Shown: positions 54,329-62,754, counted from the stretch's first letter. The stretch is DNA of 64,000 nt from Candidatus Moraniibacteriota bacterium (GCA_942490825.1 CALNYG010000005.1:70240-134239), one strand, 5' to 3'. Made by a program: numbers and translations. Notes: a model not told the origin generated them from the letters alone.

Positions 54329-54488
54329 AGTTCAATCGTCCTCGATTGAACTATTTTTTTATCCCAAATTTTAAATTTTATAAAAACCTTGAAATGTAAA
54401 ATGAATTTTTGAATTGATATAAACAGGAAGGTTCAATCTACAAGATTGAACCAAGGCTATAAGTTTAAAAAGCCCGTGCGGCGAGCAC
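54329..54488. repeat. two-hairpin element plus 17-mer
   Basis: Hairpin A AGTTCAATCGTCCTCGATTGAACT lies at 54329-54352, hairpin B GGTTCAATCTACAAGATTGAACC at 54430-54452, and GCCCGTGCGGCGAGCAC at 54472-54488. Confidence 0.8.
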
Positions 54489-54542
54489 TTTTTAATGCTA
54501 TAATTAGATTGAAGTAAGTTTAAACTTTATAAAAATACTGAA

Positions 54543-55505
54543 ATGAAAAACCTCGTAAAATACGTACAAAACACCAATTCTCGTCATAATCTATGGAAAA
54601 AAGGCGAAACAATAATTTTAGGTGTGTCGGGTGGTCCAGACAGCATGGTTTTATTTCATGTTTTTTCAATTTTAGCTAAAAAAGAAAATTTTAAATTAGT
54701 CGTGGCACATGTAAATTACGGATTTCGGGAAGATTCTTACAAAGATGAACAAATTGTTAGAGATTTTGCAGAAAAGATTAAAATTCCTTGTGAAGTTTTA
54801 TCAAATTTTAAACTAGATGAAAAAGATTGTAATGAAAATAAGTGGCGACAAGTCCGCTTTGACTTTTTTTCACAAATCAAAGAAAAGTATAATGCCAATA
54901 AAATTGCTTTAGCACATACAAAAAATGATCAGGCAGAAACTTTACTTTTACATCTTCTGCGTGGAAGTGGATTAAAGGGATTAAGTGCTATGCGATATAA
55001 GAGAGACGATATTATTCGACCACTTTTAAACGTTAAACGTCAGGAAATTTTAAAATATATTGAAGATAATTCCATTGATTTTGCGACAGATAGCAGTAAT
55101 AAAGACACAGGATTTTTACGTAATAAAGTCAGATTAGAATTACTTCCCTATTTGCAGGAAAATTACAATAAAAATATAGTGGACACTCTTTCGCAAGCCA
55201 CTAAAAATATTGCAGATGATTATGATTATTTAGCTAGCCAACAAGAAATTTTCTGGAAACTTGATTTTCAAAAGAGTAAAATTACTTTTTCAGCTGAAAA
55301 ATTTAGTAAAAAACACGTTTCAGAACAAAGATTTTCTTTACGAACGATTATTTTTGATCTTTTGGGTCATTTACAAAATATTGAAACAGGCACAATTGAG
55401 GAAATAAGATTCTTAATTTTGAGTGATAAAAATAAATCTCAAAAAATGGAGTTCAAAAGCTTGAAAATAGTCCGAAAAGGTGATATTATTACAGTGTTTA
55501 AGTAG
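54543..55505 (+). CDS. tilS: tRNA(Ile)-lysidine synthase
   Basis: 320 aa. The PP-loop ILGVSGGPDSMVLFH and LAHTKNDQAETLLLHLLRGSG are TilS signatures. Confidence 0.9.
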   Translation: MKNLVKYVQNTNSRHNLWKKGETIILGVSGGPDSMVLFHVFSILAKKENFKLVVAHVNYGFREDSYKDEQIVRDFAEKIKIPCEVLSNFKLDEKDCNENKWRQVRFDFFSQIKEKYNANKIALAHTKNDQAETLLLHLLRGSGLKGLSAMRYKRDDIIRPLLNVKRQEILKYIEDNSIDFATDSSNKDTGFLRNKVRLELLPYLQENYNKNIVDTLSQATKNIADDYDYLASQQEIFWKLDFQKSKITFSAEKFSKKHVSEQRFSLRTIIFDLLGHLQNIETGTIEEIRFLILSDKNKSQKMEFKSLKIVRKGDIITVFK

Positions 55506-55628
55506 ATTTTTTTGAAAAATATATAAAATCAATTTTAGTTTTTCTGCCAGCTTAGAAAGAACTATTTTTTAGGTAATTTCAAAGAGGTCTATTGTACTTA
55601 AATTTTATTTTTAACCTTATAAAGACAA

Positions 55629-57512
55629 ATGAAAAAATTGCAAAAAAATGCTTATTTAATCGTGATTTTAGTGCTTTTAATTGGATCATTTATAATCTTA
55701 TCCCAAAGCAATAAAGAAAAAATTGAAGATGTTAATCTTACTCAGTTAGTTACAGAAATTAACGAAGAGCAAGTAAAAAAGATAGAAATTGAAGGTACAA
55801 AAGTTTCAATAGAATTGAATGACGAGACTAAACAAAAAGTTAACAAAGAACTAGACTCTTCTCTTTCAGATACTTTAGTTAATTTAGGTGCAAATAAAGA
55901 AACATTAAATAAAGTAGCAATTGAAAGTAAGACACCATCAAAAGGGGCGCTTTTTGCAGGGACTGTTTTGCCAATTCTTCTTCCACTACTTCTTATCGTT
56001 GGAGTTATTTGGTTTATGATGAAACAAGCGATGCGAGGCAATAAACAAGCACTTTCTTTCGGGAGTAGCAAAGCTCGAATGATTGATCCAAAAGATAAAA
56101 AGAAAAGGACTACTTTTAAAGATGTGGCTGGAAATAAAGAAGGAAAAGAAGAATTAGGTGAAGTGGTTGATTTCTTAAAAGAGCCAAAAAAATTCCAAAA
56201 GTTAGGTGCTAAAATTCCAAAAGGTGTATTATTGTTAGGAAAGCCTGGAACTGGTAAAACTTTGATGGCGAAAGCAGTGGCTGGTGAAGCTGGCGTTCCT
56301 TTCTTTTCAATTAGTGGTTCTGAATTTGTGGAAATGTTCGTTGGAGTAGGAGCAAGTCGAGTGCGTGATCTTTTCAAACAAGCAAAGAAAAAAGCTCCGG
56401 CAATTGTATTTATTGATGAGATTGATGCAGTGGGACGACATCGTGGAGCAGGTATGGGTGGCGGAAATGACGAAAGAGAACAAACTTTAAATCAGATTTT
56501 GGTAGAAATGGATGGTTTTGAGGATAATGCAAATGTAATTGTAGTGGCAGCAACTAACCGTCCGGATGTTTTAGATCCCGCTTTACTTCGACCAGGACGT
56601 TTCGATCGTCGAGTTACTATTGATCTTCCAGACATTAAAGATCGTATTGAAATTTTGAAAATCCACGCTCGCGGAAAAAAAATGGAAAAAGATGTTGATT
56701 TAGAACAAATCGCTCAAAGAACCCCTGGTTTTTCTGGAGCAGACTTGGCTAATTTAATGAATGAAGGTGCTTTGTTGGCAGGTAGAGAAAATCTTGAAGA
56801 AGTTAAAATGGACAATTTGATTGAAGCAATCGAAAAAGTTCTTCTTGGACCAGCTCGAAAGAGTCGTCATTTAGATGAAAAAGAGAAAAAAATCACAGCT
56901 TATCATGAAGCAGGACATGCTTTAGTTGGTGCAAGCTTAAAAAATGCTGATCCTGTTCATAAAGTTTCTATCATTTCTCGAGGTTCTGCAGGTGGTTATA
57001 CCCTGTCAGTTCCTGAAAAAGATCAGACTTTGCATTCAAAAGCGTACTTTTTAGATAGATTAGCAGTATTATTGGGTGGTTATGTAGTTGAAAAGATGGT
57101 TTTCGGTGATACTACAACTGGACCTTCTAGTGATTTAGAGAGAGCTACTCATACTGCTCGAAGTATTGTTACCCGATACGGAATGAGTGAATTGGGAGCG
57201 AGGACTTTTGGTAAAAATAATGATTTGGTTTTCTTAGGTAAAGATAGCACGGAAGAACGTGATTATTCTGATAAGACTGCTGAGCAAATTGATCGAGTGG
57301 TTTCTGAATTTATTGAAAATGCTCGAAAGGTTGCCGAAGGGGTTGTTACTGAAAAACGTGATCTGTTAGATAAAATTTCTAACGTTTTATTGGAAAAAGA
57401 GACTATTGAGAAAGATGAGTTTAATGCGATTATGGAGGGAAAAGAATATATTCCTGAAGTAAAAGTTGAAAAGGTTGAGAAAAGTGAAGAGGCTGAAGAA
57501 GATGTAAAATAG
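55629..57512 (+). CDS. ftsH: ATP-dependent zinc metalloprotease FtsH
   Basis: 627 aa. Two TM helices, the AAA+ motifs [18 protein letters not shown] and [12 protein letters not shown], the SRH, and the HEAGHALV zinc site. Confidence 0.97.
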   Translation: MKKLQKNAYLIVILVLLIGSFIILSQSNKEKIEDVNLTQLVTEINEEQVKKIEIEGTKVSIELNDETKQKVNKELDSSLSDTLVNLGANKETLNKVAIESKTPSKGALFAGTVLPILLPLLLIVGVIWFMMKQAMRGNKQALSFGSSKARMIDPKDKKKRTTFKDVAGNKEGKEELGEVVDFLKEPKKFQKLGAKIPKGVLLLGKPGTGKTLMAKAVAGEAGVPFFSISGSEFVEMFVGVGASRVRDLFKQAKKKAPAIVFIDEIDAVGRHRGAGMGGGNDEREQTLNQILVEMDGFEDNANVIVVAATNRPDVLDPALLRPGRFDRRVTIDLPDIKDRIEILKIHARGKKMEKDVDLEQIAQRTPGFSGADLANLMNEGALLAGRENLEEVKMDNLIEAIEKVLLGPARKSRHLDEKEKKITAYHEAGHALVGASLKNADPVHKVSIISRGSAGGYTLSVPEKDQTLHSKAYFLDRLAVLLGGYVVEKMVFGDTTTGPSSDLERATHTARSIVTRYGMSELGARTFGKNNDLVFLGKDSTEERDYSDKTAEQIDRVVSEFIENARKVAEGVVTEKRDLLDKISNVLLEKETIEKDEFNAIMEGKEYIPEVKVEKVEKSEEAEEDVK

Positions 57513-57524
57513 GTTTGTTTATAT

Positions 57525-57552
57525 GTAGAGACAAGGTATGCCTTGTCTCTAC
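57525..57552 (+). repeat. REP-like GTAG...CTAC hairpin
   Basis: GTAGAGACAAGGTATGCCTTGTCTCTAC is a perfect 11-bp stem bracketed by GTAG/CTAC. It lies between ftsH and tRNA-Val. Confidence 0.7.
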
Positions 57553-57557
57553 GAAAT

Positions 57558-57631
57558 GCGCGTGTAGCTCAGTTGGTTAGAGCGCTTGCTCGACATGCAA
57601 GAGGTCTCAGGTTCGAATCCCGACACGCGCA
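57558..57631 (+). tRNA. tRNA-Val (anticodon GAC), atypical
   Basis: GCGCGTG TA GCTC AGTTGGTTA GAGC G CTTGC TCGACAT GCAAG AGGTC TCAGG TTCGAAT CCCGA CACGCGC A. The cloverleaf is good, but position 33 is C rather than the near-universal U, and the T stem has an A-C mismatch (51:63). Confidence 0.75.
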
Positions 57632-57640
57632 CAAAGAAAA

Positions 57641-57670
57641 ACACAAGATTTTAAAATCTTGTGTTTTTTA
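57641..57670. terminator. bidirectional rho-independent terminator
   Basis: Stem ACACAAGATT (57641-57650), loop TTAA, stem AATCTTGTGT (57655-57664). The hairpin is flanked by A5 upstream and T6 downstream. It serves tRNA-Val on the plus strand and the DUF262-HNH gene on the minus strand. Confidence 0.85.
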
Positions 57671-57687
57671 TTTTTCTGAACAAAATA

Positions 57688-58851
57688 TTACCGATTTCCT
57701 TTTGATCTATTATGTGTTTTACATAACATCTCGCAATTTTCAGAATTTGTTGAACCACCCTTACTCCAAGCAGTAACATGATCAGCATCCATTTCGTTAA
57801 ATTTCCAAATTTTTTCTTTATTTGCATCATGACCAATTGCACAATGTGAACAATTTGATTTACCTTCATTTTTAGCTTTTTCTGTTTGAATTGCATAAGT
57901 TGATTTTTTGGTTGCTTCGTCGAAAATTCTAACATTTAGTAATTTTGTATCAATAGAACCGCCGAGAATATATTCAAAAATACCTTTACGATTTTTAACA
58001 TAAGGATCAGCGTAAAGTTTATGAACTTCCGCAGAAACTTTAGCTGGATCGTAAGATTTTTTGTGATATTCTTCATACAGTCGTCCCCATTCTAATCCTC
58101 GCATTTCGCTTTCTACATCATTGAATACTCCTGACACCCAATCAATTACGCTGTTAAAATAGTTTTTTAATTCTGTGATATTTTCATCATTGCGATGACT
58201 GCTCATGTATTCTCCAATGTCATTTTCACTAACCCATTCTAAAGCTCGCTCTAAAAATTCCTGTCGATTGGCACTTCCTGAAATGTAGGCACTCCATTTT
58301 TGAATATTAGCATTTTGGCTGTTGCTAAATTCTTCTTTACCGAGAGTTACAAATGTTCCAGAATAAACTGCATTTAACAATTCTTGATTATTTAACGGTA
58401 CTCCTGCAATGTTGATGGTTTTAAACCATTCTTTGATTTCGCTTTCTTCTCCTTCACATTCATAAATAAGAAATTGTGTTTCTAAAATTTTGTTTTGTTT
58501 ATCTTCGGCAATTCCGCTAAAATATTGTTCCATTCCGTTTTCATCTTTGATGGCAAATTTACCTGTTACATATCGTCCGACACTGGTAATTCGTTGTTGT
58601 CCGTCTAAAACTTCTAAATTATTTTCGCTAACTTTGTTGAAATAGATTAATCCTAATGGATAGCCTTTGAGAATTGATTCAATCACGGCGACGTCTTTTT
58701 TGCCGTCAGCGTAAATATAGTTTCGTTGGTATTCTGGTTGGATGGTTAGTTTTCCTGATAATCCGAATAATCCTTTGTCCTCGAGTTCGTTATAAATAAA
58801 TCCTTCACAAATGTCTTTGATGGTGATGTTGGTTTTTAAGGTTGTTTTCAT
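57688..58851 (-). CDS. DUF262 (ParB-like NTPase) - HNH endonuclease fusion, GmrSD/type IV restriction-like
   Basis: 387 aa. The N-terminus has IQPEYQRNY.....[12 protein letters not shown], the DUF262 DGQQR motif. The C-terminus has CSHCAIGHD....[33 protein letters not shown], an HNH motif. Confidence 0.85.
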   Translation of the reverse strand: MKTTLKTNITIKDICEGFIYNELEDKGLFGLSGKLTIQPEYQRNYIYADGKKDVAVIESILKGYPLGLIYFNKVSENNLEVLDGQQRITSVGRYVTGKFAIKDENGMEQYFSGIAEDKQNKILETQFLIYECEGEESEIKEWFKTINIAGVPLNNQELLNAVYSGTFVTLGKEEFSNSQNANIQKWSAYISGSANRQEFLERALEWVSENDIGEYMSSHRNDENITELKNYFNSVIDWVSGVFNDVESEMRGLEWGRLYEEYHKKSYDPAKVSAEVHKLYADPYVKNRKGIFEYILGGSIDTKLLNVRIFDEATKKSTYAIQTEKAKNEGKSNCSHCAIGHDANKEKIWKFNEMDADHVTAWSKGGSTNSENCEMLCKTHNRSKGNR

Positions 58852-58906
58852 GGTGTTGTTAAATTATTATTTTTTAACAAGGGGGTCATGACTCCTTGTT
58901 TAGTTA

Positions 58907-59004
58907 TGCACTAATTTTAATCTTTTTTGTGCATAGTTGCAAACCTTTGCACTGTTTTTTGATTTTTAGTGCATGGTTTTAGGTGCTTGCACTGTTGTAG
59001 TGCA
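58907..59004. promoter_or_regulatory. operator-like array of three TGCAC...GTGCA inverted repeats
   Basis: TGCAC lies at 58907, 58948 and 58988, a spacing of 40-41 bp. Each pairs with a GTGCA at 58929, 58969 and 59000 (spacers of 17, 16 and 7 nt). On the minus strand the array lies just downstream of a TATAAA -10-like box (complement of 59015-59020) and upstream of the DUF262-HNH ATG. Confidence 0.5.
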
Positions 59005-59049
59005 GACTTGTAATTTTATAACCTCAATTTTGCAAGTATAAAATATACT

Positions 59050-59874
59050 TTACTTTTCCAACTTCTTTTTAGGTTTTTTCTGTAAAAAATTATTTTTAGA
59101 AACTACTTTTTTGCCAGTTTCTTCTTCTAATTCTAATTTGGCATTTTTGGCAATTGTTCCGCCTTTTTTAGCAGAAGCTTTGTTTTCTTTGAAGCCAACT
59201 GATTTTGTGTTTTCGGCAATTTTACGAGTGGAAAGTTCAGCAAGAGCGGTAAAAAGTAATTCTGATTCATTCATATGATCTCTTAGGTTTTGGGATTTCA
59301 AACCTTTTAACTTTTTGTGTTGACTAATTCCCAAACCAGACCATTCTTGATGAATAATATTAGTCAAAATCGCAAATTCTTGCCCTTCTTTCACTTCATT
59401 TTTACTCCAATAATCGGTCAATTTGTTTCTGGTTTCTTGTCCCATCATTCTTTGTTGAATCCATTTTTGACTTCTGCCGTGTTTTTGCCAATTTTCTCTA
59501 GCTCTGTTTAAAGATTTTTCAGGGTTTTGAATTTCTTCAATTCTTTCTTGTCCTACTTTTGCTAGCCATAATTTGATTGGTTCAGCTTTTTTACTTGGTA
59601 TGGATTGAATGATTCTAAAAATATTCTCTAGATTTCCAGCGAGTGTTTTTCTTTCTTTTCCGCTTTCTGTGATCATTTCTACCTGGGGACAATTTGTCCC
59701 TATGTACAATCCTAATTCTTCATCTCTTTTTCTTATTTTTTTAAGATAATCGGTTGGATTTACTGAATCTGTTAAAATGCCGACTATGTCAACTACGGAA
59801 AAATGCCATTGTTCTTTATGCCAATTTCTTCTCACCTTTTTATCTTCGAAAATTGCAATTTTTTCTTCTTTCAT
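59050..59874 (-). CDS. Bro-N / DinD-like DNA-binding protein
   Basis: The start is trimmed to ATG 59874 (MKEEKIAIFEDKKVRRNWHKEQWHFSVVDIVGILTDS.NPTDY), which is Bro-N-like. The C-terminus KKGGTIAKNAKLELEEETGKKVVSKNNF resembles the tail of DinD/antirepressor-family proteins. Confidence 0.6.
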   Translation of the reverse strand: MKEEKIAIFEDKKVRRNWHKEQWHFSVVDIVGILTDSVNPTDYLKKIRKRDEELGLYIGTNCPQVEMITESGKERKTLAGNLENIFRIIQSIPSKKAEPIKLWLAKVGQERIEEIQNPEKSLNRARENWQKHGRSQKWIQQRMMGQETRNKLTDYWSKNEVKEGQEFAILTNIIHQEWSGLGISQHKKLKGLKSQNLRDHMNESELLFTALAELSTRKIAENTKSVGFKENKASAKKGGTIAKNAKLELEEETGKKVVSKNNFLQKKPKKKLEK

Positions 59875-59884
59875 GATGTTGTTT

Positions 59885-61402
59885 TTATTTATTAACTTCT
59901 TCAAATGCCTTTGCAACACTAGGACTATTTTTTGTAAGTTTTTTTATGGATAAATCTGTGGCTTTATTATTAGCCAATCGTAAATTATTATCAGATTTTA
60001 AAAGATTATCTTTCACCTTATTTAGATTATCAATTGTCTTGTCGATTCCTTTTATTGCTTCATTAAATTGTTTTGAGGCTGAATTATAATTTTTAGAAAA
60101 AGCTTCTTTAAAATTATTCATGTTAACTTCAAAATTTGAGACATCAATATTTTCATTTTTGAGCATATGAATTTCACGTCGGAGGTGTTGTGATTTCGTA
60201 TTTGCTTGACGCAAAAATCCAATCACCGTAATAAAATGTTGAGGTCTAATTGTATACATAAGTTTATATTCATGCACTGTTACAATATCATCATAGTATT
60301 CATTATCCTTTTCAAGTAAACTTACTAAAACAGCATATTCGCATTTTTTTTCTTCTCTATCATTATCAAGTTTTTTGAAAAAATCTTTGTTCTTTTTCTT
60401 AGTGGCAGTGCCATCATCCTCATTTTTCATTTCAAACATAATGGATAATATTTCATTTCCATCATTATCCATTTCTCTATAAATATAATCTCCTTTTGAG
60501 CCAGATTTTGACACAGCATTATCTTTACCAAATTGTGAGTTAGGGAATGCAATGGAGCGAATTTTATTAAATTCATTTTCACAATGTATTTCAAGTGATT
60601 CACCAATCATCTTAGTGCTCATTTTTGCACGCATTTCCTTAAGTGACACAAGGGCAGTCTCACTGGATTTGAGTTGTTCTTTGAGTTTTTCTTCACCTAA
60701 TTCTTTTTCATGCTTAATATCGCTAATTTCACTTTCTTTTTTGCTTAATTTCTCTTGGTATTCTTTTTCAACTTCCTGTTTTTCTTGAATATATTTTAAC
60801 TTTACATCTGATTCTGTTTTTTCAGCAATATTCTCAAGTTTTGAGCTAATTTCAATAATCTCTTTATCTTTTTCACTTTTGAGAGTACTAATTTCGGTAT
60901 TCTTTTCATTTAATTTCTCACGGTACTTTTCCTCAAGCTCTTGTTTTTCCTGATGAGTTTTCAGTTTTACATCCGATTCTGTTTTTTCAGCAATGTTTTC
61001 AAGTTTTGAATTAAGTGCAATAATTTCCTTTTCTTTTTCACTCAAGCTTTCTTTTGCACGATCTGCATATTCTTTTTCTTTGAGTTCTAATTTTAATTTA
61101 TTTTCATGTTCGATACGATCCGTTTCTTTTTTTAATTCATCATTGAATTTATTGATTTTTATAGAATTAACCACGCTCGCAATAGTCGTTTTATCAATAT
61201 CAGTTTCATGGATAGATTTAAGATCTATTATATCGCCTTTTGATCCGTCTTCTGACAGAATTAAGGTATTTTCATCCTTTATTGATACTTTGATTTTTTT
61301 CATATTATTTTTTAATTCTTCAAATTTACTTATAATATTTTCAATATCTCTGCTTATCCTCTTTGCATTCCAACCTCTTTTTCCATCTTTGTTGATTTTC
61401 AA
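59885..61402 (-). CDS. DUF2130-like coiled-coil protein with PD-(D/E)XK-like C-terminal core
   Basis: 505 aa. Long K/E coiled coil with a 55-aa internal tandem duplication (DNA about 60704-61033). It continues with GESLEIHCENEFNKIR...FPNSQFGKDN....KGDYIYRE(15)FEMKNE......K.FFKKLD.DREEKKCEYAVLVS, the DUF2130 pattern. D305 and E324-x-K326 fit a restriction-endonuclease-like motif. Confidence 0.7.
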   Translation of the reverse strand: MKINKDGKRGWNAKRISRDIENIISKFEELKNNMKKIKVSIKDENTLILSEDGSKGDIIDLKSIHETDIDKTTIASVVNSIKINKFNDELKKETDRIEHENKLKLELKEKEYADRAKESLSEKEKEIIALNSKLENIAEKTESDVKLKTHQEKQELEEKYREKLNEKNTEISTLKSEKDKEIIEISSKLENIAEKTESDVKLKYIQEKQEVEKEYQEKLSKKESEISDIKHEKELGEEKLKEQLKSSETALVSLKEMRAKMSTKMIGESLEIHCENEFNKIRSIAFPNSQFGKDNAVSKSGSKGDYIYREMDNDGNEILSIMFEMKNEDDGTATKKKNKDFFKKLDNDREEKKCEYAVLVSLLEKDNEYYDDIVTVHEYKLMYTIRPQHFITVIGFLRQANTKSQHLRREIHMLKNENIDVSNFEVNMNNFKEAFSKNYNSASKQFNEAIKGIDKTIDNLNKVKDNLLKSDNNLRLANNKATDLSIKKLTKNSPSVAKAFEEVNK

Positions 61403-61445
61403 TCGCCAAAAACCTAAATGAACTAGTTATTTATCAGATGTGTAT

Positions 61446-61658
61446 TTATCTTATTTTAATAAAATTAAAACTATCCTTTATATTTTGATGAAAATATTTG
61501 CCATGTGATAATGCATTCATAATATCATTATAAATATTAATTGGAACATTGGAATATTGATATATTCCGCCACTCAAAAATTCTATCTCTAACACACTAT
61601 TTTCATTATCATAGCCTATCGAATTAATATCTGATGATTGTACTTGTTGTCTATTCAT
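61446..61658 (-). CDS. KTSC-domain protein
   Basis: 70 aa. VQSSDINSIGYDNENSVLEIEFLSGGIYQYSNVPINIYNDIMNALSHGKYFHQNIK matches the KTSC domain pattern (S..I...GYD.....L.V.F..G..Y.Y..VP..VY..L..A.S.G.YF...I). Confidence 0.8.
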   Translation of the reverse strand: MNRQQVQSSDINSIGYDNENSVLEIEFLSGGIYQYSNVPINIYNDIMNALSHGKYFHQNIKDSFNFIKIR

Positions 61659-61674
61659 ATTTTTAAAAATTAAA

Positions 61675-62754
61675 TTATTCCCCCTTATGCCTAATTAAAA
61701 TCCGTGCATAAATTTCTTTATTATCAATCGTGAATCTTCTGCCATAATTTGGATTGTCCTCTACATATCTATCTATTCCAATAATCTCAAACTGTTCAGG
61801 ACAATACTTATCCAAAAAACTAATCGGCACACCCATTATTCCCTCAAAATCACTCGGAATCCCATTCGTAAACGGAATCTCAATCGCATCATAATTATCA
61901 TACTTTCGATAACTATTTTTATTAGCCTGCATTCTAGTATTAAACTTCTCATTTTCCTCCATAGACATTAACGGCAAAGGTTGATGACGCTTGCCATGAT
62001 CAATACTTGTAAACCAACATGAATTACCCATTCTTGTATAATCCCCAACATATCCAAGTCGTTCCGCTTTCTGTTTATCTTTTTCAGCAACTTCTGAACC
62101 TTCTGGAACAGCAAAAACCATATCATTACTATTTCCAGTCGCACCCAACCACATCTCATTCCCCTTAATCAAAGGAAAAACCTCCTTGTAAGTAATCGCA
62201 TTCATATTCCCAATAATCACAAACCGCTTCCCAGCCTCAACAATCCACCCCAAAAAATCCCTAAACAAACTAAACGGCGGATTCGTAATCACAATATCAG
62301 CCTCATCCCGCAAACCCATAATCTCCTCACTCCGAAAATCACCATCCCCTTTCAAATATTCCCATTCCAAATCATCAACATCCACCTTACCATCCCCCGT
62401 CTTATCATGCGTTAAAGTAAAAATCTTCCCCTGCTTTTCAGTTTTACTCTCATCAAACTGCGGATCGTCCGTTTCAAAAAGAGTCGGTTGATAATTCCCC
62501 TTATTATTCTTACTTTCCGCCGCATAACTCGTACTAATCAATTTCTTCAAACCAAACTTCTCAAAGTTTTGAGCAAAAAATTTCGTAAAATTACTCCACT
62601 CCGGATCATCACAGGGCAATAAAACCGTTTTACCTTGAAAAATTTTAGGATTATATTCAATATAAGCATTGATCTCCTTTTCAATATCATGATATTGAGT
62701 ATAAAATTCATCATTCTTCGCTTTTTTCGCATTAGTCAGATTGCTATTTGCCAT
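61675..62754 (-). CDS. N6-adenine DNA methyltransferase (EcoRI-methylase-like family)
   Basis: 359 aa. The N-terminus NAKKAKNDEFYTQYHDIEKEINAY...GKTVLLPCDDPEWSNFTKFF..NFEKFGLKKLI, together with the catalytic VITNPPFS (NPPF) motif, is typical of the EcoRI-like/phage orphan adenine MTase family. Confidence 0.85.
   Translation of the reverse strand: MANSNLTNAKKAKNDEFYTQYHDIEKEINAYIEYNPKIFQGKTVLLPCDDPEWSNFTKFFAQNFEKFGLKKLISTSYAAESKNNKGNYQPTLFETDDPQFDESKTEKQGKIFTLTHDKTGDGKVDVDDLEWEYLKGDGDFRSEEIMGLRDEADIVITNPPFSLFRDFLGWIVEAGKRFVIIGNMNAITYKEVFPLIKGNEMWLGATGNSNDMVFAVPEGSEVAEKDKQKAERLGYVGDYTRMGNSCWFTSIDHGKRHQPLPLMSMEENEKFNTRMQANKNSYRKYDNYDAIEIPFTNGIPSDFEGIMGVPISFLDKYCPEQFEIIGIDRYVEDNPNYGRRFTIDNKEIYARILIRHKGE

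Noticed and set aside
55742-56377. Long antisense or alternate-frame ORFs lie inside well-supported genes: 211 aa opposite ftsH, 6143-6499 opposite recA, 10557-10967 and 10637-10927 in the ftsK linker, 36128-36601 opposite comM, 51742-52203 opposite rpsA, 28804-29223 within ileS, and 60993-61421 opposite the DUF2130 gene.
   Set aside because: All are low-complexity or compositionally skewed translations lying entirely within genes that have strong family signatures. None has a ribosome-binding site or a recognisable motif.
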